Origin: Candidatus Latescibacterota bacterium
Lineage (GTDB): Bacteria > Latescibacterota > UBA2968
Direction: 5' to 3'
Length of the DNA: 64,000 nt
Assembly (NCBI GenBank): GCA_965204375.1
Contig: OZ241986.1
Coordinates: 3,808,001 to 3,872,000, forward strand
In this document: positions 57,558 to 64,000 of the stretch, in pieces
Layout: the number at the start of each line of letters is the position of its first letter
Position numbering within the stretch: the stretch's first letter is position 1
Position numbers and translations under genes: made by a program
Notes under the pieces: model-generated
The model's input: only the letters and a program-made list of their open reading frames with translations
Database searches by the model: none
What the model was told of the DNA's origin: nothing

Positions 57558-57917
57558 TCAGCAATTCGCATATTTGACAGGATTAGACGCCCCGCGTTTC
57601 CTCATCCTATCAGGGACAGGCATCCCTACATAAAGGTTTTGGATCTCTTGGCTAGCTTCGCGTCCGACAAAGCCGTAGCGTCCCGGCGTAGTTTTGCGCC
57701 CAGGGAAGTTTTTGCAGTTGGCTTCGAGCCATTCAATATCTTCAAATGCCCCAATAATCCTTCCGCGATATGTAGCCAAGGCAATCTCCGCTTTTTCCAC
57801 TCTTGATTTGTTCACTCGCCACGCAAAACGGACAGCTTCGTACAGGTCGCGGCCCTTGTTGTAGTTTTGGTTGACGTTTAGAAGGACTGCTTTGTGTGGT
57901 ATTTCTGGAACGCGCAT
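57558..57917 (-). CDS. Hypothetical protein resembling the C-terminal domain of LEM-3-like GIY-YIG proteins
   Basis: LYEAVRFAWRV, GRIIGAF..W, RYGFVG.EA, GASNPVKY; AGGGGG RBS. Confidence 0.55.
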   Translation of the reverse strand: MRVPEIPHKAVLLNVNQNYNKGRDLYEAVRFAWRVNKSRVEKAEIALATYRGRIIGAFEDIEWLEANCKNFPGRKTTPGRYGFVGREASQEIQNLYVGMPVPDRMRKRGASNPVKYANC

Positions 57918-58311
57918 CTATCCCCCTTTTATCGGTACAAACGGGCGCGTTGTTCTATCCTCTCGCGGACAGCCCGCTGTTCAGGATTCCTATCTTCAGT
58001 AAAAAGCCCGTCTCTTGCGCCAGACGGACAGACTTTCTTCAATCTTCCTCTGTTCTGAAGTCATAGGACGCAATAAGAACGATTTTCCCCGTGTAGAAGT
58101 GCGCCCAATTCCAGGCGTTTCCCATTCTTGTAACTGTAAATCATGGATGAGTTCGTACAAATTGATAATGGGGACGAGCTTCTTTACTGCTGTTCTCTGT
58201 ATGATCTCAGCTACTTTTTTTCGCAATAACCGCAGTTTGGATGCCTCCCATAGGGCGGCGATGATGACCGATCCAGACAGAATTTCGAGGAGAGTTGACT
58301 ATCTTAAAGGA

Positions 58312-59283
58312 TCATTCCTTCAGCTTTGCGATCAAAAACGCCTCCATGCTTCCGTATTTATCTTCCGGATGATCTGGAGATCGGACGGAGCATTCGAGTC
58401 CCAGTTTGGTCATCGCTTCTCGAAGCATGAGGCCATGTTTTACATGGTGGACCCAAACCCCCGGATTGGTATCATTATCTACGGGGACATCCCCTCGTCT
58501 GTAAGACATGAAAACGGGAACATCGTCCGCGGAAAGATGAGTAATAGCAGATGAATCCCCCATGAGCTTTCCTATGCGCTCGTCGTTAAAAAAGATCGAA
58601 TCCTCGGATACGTCAAACAAGGTATGGAATTCTTTGTTGATCCTAAATTTACCGATTTCAAGACCAAACCAGCGGCGAATGACCCGAAGATCGTAGGTAG
58701 TTTGTCCATTGTTTGAAGCCGCGGCAATGATTCTGGTCGATTGGCGGGCAATGGGATCGTCGCTGTCTGGATCCGCCAAATCGTCGTGAAACGCGAGCCA
58801 GAGAGAAATGCCAGCTCCCGCTGATCCTCCGTAGCACGCGATCTTTTCCGGATCCACATTCCACTCTTTGGTACGGTGGCGAATCGTCTGCAGGCAGCGA
58901 GCCGCATCCTCCATCATAATTGGATAGGGACCGACATCGGATAATCGATAATGAATGGCGGCGACGGATATGCCAGCATCTCGAAATAGCCTGATGGATC
59001 TCCCGTTAATCGATCTTTTGTTTCCAGCTCTAAATCCTCCGCCATGGATGTAGATAGCCAGTGGAGTTGGGGCGCCGGTTTTGGATTCAGTAATCCATAA
59101 ATCGAATACCTGTCGTTCATGATCCCCATAAGCGATATTGGCGAAAGTTGGGGCGGGCGGTTCTTCCCTTCTCGCGTTTTGGGCGTCAACGGCGGGTGGA
59201 GAGGCGATTGCCAGGCATCCCACCAGAGTGGCAATAAAGCGTTTTGGTATCATTGGGTCTATCCACCTTTCCGGCACCTGCAT
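58312..59283 (-). CDS. Secreted alpha/beta hydrolase (HSL-like esterase)
   Basis: Signal-like N-terminus (alternative ATG 59253); IHGGGF, YRL, GGSAG. Confidence 0.9.
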   Translation of the reverse strand: MQVPERWIDPMIPKRFIATLVGCLAIASPPAVDAQNARREEPPAPTFANIAYGDHERQVFDLWITESKTGAPTPLAIYIHGGGFRAGNKRSINGRSIRLFRDAGISVAAIHYRLSDVGPYPIMMEDAARCLQTIRHRTKEWNVDPEKIACYGGSAGAGISLWLAFHDDLADPDSDDPIARQSTRIIAAASNNGQTTYDLRVIRRWFGLEIGKFRINKEFHTLFDVSEDSIFFNDERIGKLMGDSSAITHLSADDVPVFMSYRRGDVPVDNDTNPGVWVHHVKHGLMLREAMTKLGLECSVRSPDHPEDKYGSMEAFLIAKLKE

Positions 59284-59623
59284 AGCACCTGATCTCTATT
59301 ACGCGATGTGTGACTTTAAAATTGCCAGAGAATAATGCCGACAAATAGATATAAAAAAGCCAAAATCACTGGATTGCGGCTAACCCCATGCCGCAATGAC
59401 GGCTATAGAATCCTTGTTTTGCTGACTGCTGATTGCTTGTTTTTTTCACCATTATTCTAAAGTCACACATGACGTCTCTATTATAATTACGCGAAACACC
59501 TTTGTCATCAACCATCGCAGGTGGCAAAAAACAAAGGAGGTGTAAATCTGGTTGACACACCAATGCCACAGATGATACTATATATTTTCCGTGGAAACAA
59601 CAGAACAAAGGGAAGGACACAAA

Positions 59624-60472
59624 ATGAACATCTCGCTCACGTCAACAGAACGAAGCTCTGGCGAACTGGCAAAAGACAAATTGGCAAATGCGATCGAGGC
59701 AATACGGAACGACGGCTATGTCATCATCGAGCAAGTAGTGGATCACGCGATACTCGACGCCCTCAAAACGCGCATGGATGAAGACTCTGCAAAGCTGATT
59801 GGGGCACAAAAATGGGGTGGCGCAGGTGGCGTACAGGGTCATTTACAGCAAGGACCCCCACCATTCGACCCATTCCTATCCCCCGACATCCTCGTCAACC
59901 CTTATGCCGTCCAGATCTCACGAGAAATGCTGGGTGCAGAATTTTACTGCTGCTTTTACAACGGGAACACAAACACGCCAAACAGCACCTTCCAGCCCCT
60001 CCATGCCGACGGCGTCCACCTCTGGGGCGAACAGGACCAACCCCATCCAGCGACCCAACTCATCATCAACATCTTTCCCCAGGACACATCGGACAAAAAC
60101 GGATCCACACAGATCTGGCCAGGTTCCCACCTCGACATGCGCCCGGTAACAGACGAAACAGAAGCCGATCGCCACTTCTTTTCCCCACCCATTCAGGCCA
60201 CCTTGCAAAAAGGCGACATCCTGATTCGCGATTCACGCCTCTGGCATCGCGGCGTACCAAATCCCTCTGATCACAACCGCCACATGATCGCAGTTGTGTA
60301 CAACATCGGGTGGCTGGTCAGACGGCGAACGCTCTTCTTCGATAAAAACAGTAAAAAAATATTCAAAGCAAGCGGCGTCGATCCCAATGCCGAATTCATC
60401 GCCCCCCCGTTCGAATACCTGTTTGAAATGGCGTGCAAAAAGATAAAAAAAGATCCCATGCGCGGCGTCTAA
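59624..60472 (+). CDS. PhyH family Fe(II)/2OG dioxygenase
   Basis: IRNDGY, QPLHAD, NGST.IWPGSH, LWHRG.PN...R. Confidence 0.92.
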   Translation: MNISLTSTERSSGELAKDKLANAIEAIRNDGYVIIEQVVDHAILDALKTRMDEDSAKLIGAQKWGGAGGVQGHLQQGPPPFDPFLSPDILVNPYAVQISREMLGAEFYCCFYNGNTNTPNSTFQPLHADGVHLWGEQDQPHPATQLIINIFPQDTSDKNGSTQIWPGSHLDMRPVTDETEADRHFFSPPIQATLQKGDILIRDSRLWHRGVPNPSDHNRHMIAVVYNIGWLVRRRTLFFDKNSKKIFKASGVDPNAEFIAPPFEYLFEMACKKIKKDPMRGV

Positions 60473-61323
60473 TCCGCTTCATCCCCGCTTGGCATAACCG
60501 CCCAATCGGTGCGCAGTTCCGCAGCGCATTCAGCCGGTGGTTGCATAAAACGCTCAACCCGGACACTCGCTTTGGCCTGGAATTCTGGTCCGGCGAGTTC
60601 CCAGGCATTGTAGTGAAATTTGCCTTCGGGTTGCATCACGCGGACATTCAACGTACGGCGTGGCGTCCGAGTCTGGTTCATGCCCGCGCAGTGCAAGCAA
60701 GCCGCGTTGACCACCAGTAGATCACCGGGATCGCCGATGACCTGGACCCTGTTGCCATAGTCATTTGGGTTGGAATCCGGCACCCCGGGGTCTTCGTCAG
60801 CCTTGAAGCGATGGGTACCCGGTATCACAGAAGTCGCGCCGTTTTCAGCCGTGTACCCGTCAATCAAAAAAAAGAACCACAAGCCCCTGTGCTTGCCATT
60901 CGCGGTGAGGCCGGGGCGAAAATCGCGATGGATGCCTTCAGACTGCTCTCCGGGGTTGTAGCGTTGGGTATTGGCGACAAGGTCAGAGAAGTGGTAGGTA
61001 CCCAGGGCATGCTCGCAGATCGCGTGAACAGTGTCGTGGTCAAGCAGTTCTATCGCCGCATCACCCCATAAGAAACAGGCACGGGCGTTGGGATTCAGGT
61101 CGAATTTGCGGTTCCCGTATTTATCGCCGATATGCACGTTGGACAGCTTCATCCCGCCACGCCAGGCGGCAATATAGTCATCGGCGGCACGCTGGGCGAT
61201 GTCGCGCAAAGGATCGAGGTACTCAGGTGCGATCTGGTTCCGTATAATGGTATAGCCATCGCGATCGAGATTGACGACATGTTCCTCCAATTCTCTCTCG
61301 CTAAGGGAATGGACGGGTCGCAT
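60469..61323 (-). CDS. PhyH family Fe(II)/2OG dioxygenase
   Basis: LDRDGY, IHRD, NGAT.VIPGTH, LHCAG.N...RR; AAGGAG RBS. Confidence 0.92.
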   Translation of the reverse strand: MRPVHSLSERELEEHVVNLDRDGYTIIRNQIAPEYLDPLRDIAQRAADDYIAAWRGGMKLSNVHIGDKYGNRKFDLNPNARACFLWGDAAIELLDHDTVHAICEHALGTYHFSDLVANTQRYNPGEQSEGIHRDFRPGLTANGKHRGLWFFFLIDGYTAENGATSVIPGTHRFKADEDPGVPDSNPNDYGNRVQVIGDPGDLLVVNAACLHCAGMNQTRTPRRTLNVRVMQPEGKFHYNAWELAGPEFQAKASVRVERFMQPPAECAAELRTDWAVMPSGDEAD

Positions 61324-61351
61324 GGGCTGATCTCCTTGAATCTACGCCCTA

Positions 61352-63169
61352 TCATTGACGCGCAACATAAACGTAGTAGGCGCCGCAGATGGGCTGGTCG
61401 CGCTCGTCGTCGAACCATGTGTGCAAAAGCGTGGGACCCGGCTCCAGATCTACGGTAAACACAACACCCTGGTCGTCTGGCTCAACGGGCCTGGCGTAGA
61501 AGCGCCCACCGATCAGCACACGCGCTCTGGCAATCGGTAGCGCAATACCCGCTTCCAATTCACCGTCGGTCAATTGAACCGCCTGACAAGCCTCTCTCAG
61601 CTTGAGGCCGCTCTCTCTCGGCCAGCGCCGCAGTTCAAAGGTGTACTTGCCGGCGGCTTCAACCAGCAGGTGCCAGTAACTGTTCTTCCGCGCGGCCGTC
61701 CTCACCTGCCGCTGCTGATCCACAAAGACATCCCGCCACTCGCAGGCCGATAGCGTCATCGGATTCTCGGCCTCACTGCCGATGGTAATCCGCTGCACTT
61801 GATTGGCGACCGGTTCCACTTCCCGCCACCATGCATCCAGGTGATCCTGCATCTGCCGGACAATGTCGGGGTGCTGATCGGCAACATCGAGATTCTGTTC
61901 GGGATCGCTGTCCAGATCATACAGTGCCGTTCCTTCAAGTAAGCGCCACCGTTTCCAGAGCACAGCAGCACCCTCGCGTCTTATGAACGAAGGGCTGTCG
62001 GGCGTCGGGTAGTCCAGCTGCCCGGGCATACGGCTGTAATTCACCGTCAACATGCGATCTTCCGGCACCTGCTCCACACCCCGCAAAACCGGAGATAGGC
62101 TAATCCCATCCAAACGCAATTCGGCCGGCGGTTCCAGCCCACAAAACTCAATCAAAGTCGGCAAAATATCCTGCACCTGAGTCAGTCCCTCAATCTCCCG
62201 GGGTTCGCCCAGATCACCATTTGGCCAATGCAAGAAAAACGGTACCCGGTGCCCCCCTTCCCATAGCTCACACTTTTTACCCCGCATCCCGGCATTGTAA
62301 TAGGTAGGCCCGAAAGTACTGCCATTATCGGTCATAAAAATCAAGATTGTATTCCGATCTGCATCCTGTTCTTGCAGAAAGCGTCGAAGCGCACCGACCT
62401 GCGTATCCAAATTTCGAATCATAGCGAGAAAGCGAATGATATTCTCTCGCAAATTTTTGGGAAGTGCAGGCAACTGGTGTTCATCCTCTTCAAATGCCGC
62501 CTCAATGGCCTCGCGGTCTTCGGCAGGCACAAAAAGTGGGGCGTGAGGGGCATTGGTCGGCAGAAGAGTAAAAAAGGGTTCTGAAGCCGCGATCCGTGCT
62601 TGCATCCACGCTTTTGCCGCTTCGAAAAAGACCTCGGTACAGTACCCTTCCTGTCGCACGCGAGTGCCATTGTGACAATATACATCATCGAAGTAATCGT
62701 TCTCCCAGTAGTCGGGCACCGAACTGATGTGAGAGGAAGGAAACCAGAGACTTTCTTCAAAACCGCGGTCCTGAGGACGGTACGGATAGTTGTCGCCCAG
62801 ATGCCATTTGCCAAACACACCCGTTCGGTAACCATTCGACCGGAAAATATCGGCCATAGTCGGCAAATCTGGTCGCAGAAGCGAGCGTCCGCTGCTCACG
62901 TTTACAGCGCCATTGCGTGCCGCATCAAGTCCACTCAGCAATTGGCCGCGAGTAGGCGTACACATGGGAGCGACGTGAAAATCCATCAGCCGAATACTTT
63001 CCCCGTGCAAGCTGTCCAGATTCGGCGTCCGGGCAACGGGATTGCCATGACAGCCCAGATCGCCATACCCCTGGTCGTCGGTAATGATCAAAATCACATT
63101 GGGGCGGGAATGTGATTCGGTATGCAAGCTCAATGATTCGCGTTCTTTCAAAACAGTTCCACCTTTCAA
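61352..63169 (-). CDS. Arylsulfatase with C-terminal beta domain
   Basis: PNVILIITDDQGYGD, CTPTRGQLLSG, GKWHLG, TDNG, WEGGHRVP. Confidence 0.95.
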   Translation of the reverse strand: MKGGTVLKERESLSLHTESHSRPNVILIITDDQGYGDLGCHGNPVARTPNLDSLHGESIRLMDFHVAPMCTPTRGQLLSGLDAARNGAVNVSSGRSLLRPDLPTMADIFRSNGYRTGVFGKWHLGDNYPYRPQDRGFEESLWFPSSHISSVPDYWENDYFDDVYCHNGTRVRQEGYCTEVFFEAAKAWMQARIAASEPFFTLLPTNAPHAPLFVPAEDREAIEAAFEEDEHQLPALPKNLRENIIRFLAMIRNLDTQVGALRRFLQEQDADRNTILIFMTDNGSTFGPTYYNAGMRGKKCELWEGGHRVPFFLHWPNGDLGEPREIEGLTQVQDILPTLIEFCGLEPPAELRLDGISLSPVLRGVEQVPEDRMLTVNYSRMPGQLDYPTPDSPSFIRREGAAVLWKRWRLLEGTALYDLDSDPEQNLDVADQHPDIVRQMQDHLDAWWREVEPVANQVQRITIGSEAENPMTLSACEWRDVFVDQQRQVRTAARKNSYWHLLVEAAGKYTFELRRWPRESGLKLREACQAVQLTDGELEAGIALPIARARVLIGGRFYARPVEPDDQGVVFTVDLEPGPTLLHTWFDDERDQPICGAYYVYVARQ

Positions 63170-63203
63170 TATAGTTTAATCAGGTCTTTTTCAGATCTTC
63201 CTT

Positions 63204-64000
63204 TTAATAAATCAGCCGGCCCTTGCGTAACGCAGGCTCATCGTAGCGCGCCATCTGAGCGATCAACTCAGCTTTAAATTTCTCAGCAATCTCTTTGTAT
63301 TCGGAATCGGAATATACGTTGACCAACTCATCCGGATCCTTATGCAGATCATACAACCAGGGATCGTCAGCCTGTGAGAGAACCAGTTTATAACGTCGGT
63401 TAACGGCCATAACGGTCTGCGATGTTGAAGTCGTCATATAGACAATGCGATCGTCATCTACCACCTTTTCATCACTGAGAAACGCCGCAGCATCATTGAA
63501 CCCATGGGCATTTGGAATCTCCTCCTCAATCCCCATCATACCCAGAATCGTCGGACCGAAATCAACCGTCGTATAGGCGGTATTCACAACTTTTCCTGGA
63601 GCGATCTTTCCAGGCCAGCGAATCACAAACGGAATTTTTGCACTGCCCTCGTAGGGCATTCCCTTGTTGTGGCGTCTATGTTCGCCCATCAGGTCGCCAT
63701 GATCGGCGGTGAAAATCACAATCGTATTCTGATCCAACCCCCCGGCTTCCAGATCTGCCAGAATACGCCCCACATTATCGTCGATACACTTGACCATCCC
63801 AAAATACCTCTGCATCTGACCCTGCTTCAGTCCACGGGCTGTATTCCTGTCCCCAAACCGATGCCATTTCGGCATTTTCTCCACGGGAAAATCCATCGTG
63901 CGCGGATTTTGAAAAACCATGTCTTTGTACATCGTGTCGTAGGGTGCGCGAACCGTGTTTGGCCCGTGCGGATCCGGGATAGAGACCATAATGCAAAAGG
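63204..64000 (-). CDS. Sulfatase, C-terminal part (5' end outside the window)
   Basis: PDPH.P, IDDNVGRI, TADHGD.MGEH, KG.PYE, LYDL.KDP.E. Confidence 0.88.
   Translation of the reverse strand, partial: FCIMVSIPDPHGPNTVRAPYDTMYKDMVFQNPRTMDFPVEKMPKWHRFGDRNTARGLKQGQMQRYFGMVKCIDDNVGRILADLEAGGLDQNTIVIFTADHGDLMGEHRRHNKGMPYEGSAKIPFVIRWPGKIAPGKVVNTAYTTVDFGPTILGMMGIEEEIPNAHGFNDAAAFLSDEKVVDDDRIVYMTTSTSQTVMAVNRRYKLVLSQADDPWLYDLHKDPDELVNVYSDSEYKEIAEKFKAELIAQMARYDEPALRKGRLIY

Noticed and set aside
57996-58226. 76-aa minus-strand ORF
   Set aside because: No recognisable motif or clear RBS; may be a gene remnant but cannot be supported.

Overview
Bacterial chromosomal window with most genes on the minus strand and no rRNA, tRNA, CRISPR array or integrase. 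The backbone has housekeeping genes (rlmN, M23 peptidase, larC, clpP, a helicase IV-like gene) and a catabolic set: 8 sulfatases, a GH95 fucosidase, 3 PhyH-type dioxygenases, a CoA-transferase pair, an SDR, an MFS transporter and TIM-barrel epimerases. This content resembles marine or sponge-associated Latescibacterota/Poribacteria-like organisms (inference only). Three accessory blocks interrupt it. (1) 5.9-10.8 kb: a toxin-antitoxin stack on a duplicated antidote-gene unit, including an AbiEii-WYL-zinc-finger fusion. (2) 23.4-42.5 kb: a defence island between two sulfatases. It carries GxxExxY, an orphan HigA-like gene, a PIN/large helical protein/ASCH/REase-HEPN operon, yhcG, a type I R-M system whose hsdS is split by IS1380, an Rpn gene with an internal start, and an AAA-DUF4143 ATPase. 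Co-oriented whole and half copies of one ~110-bp inverted-repeat element bound and punctuate it. (3) 54.8-58 kb: IS5 plus a low-GC Mrr-like cluster. The best candidates for undescribed systems are the repeat-punctuated cassette array, the PIN-helical-ASCH-REase/HEPN operon and a TusA-DsrE-(TusA::MetE-core)-cupin operon. All family calls come from motif recognition by eye; no database searches were run.
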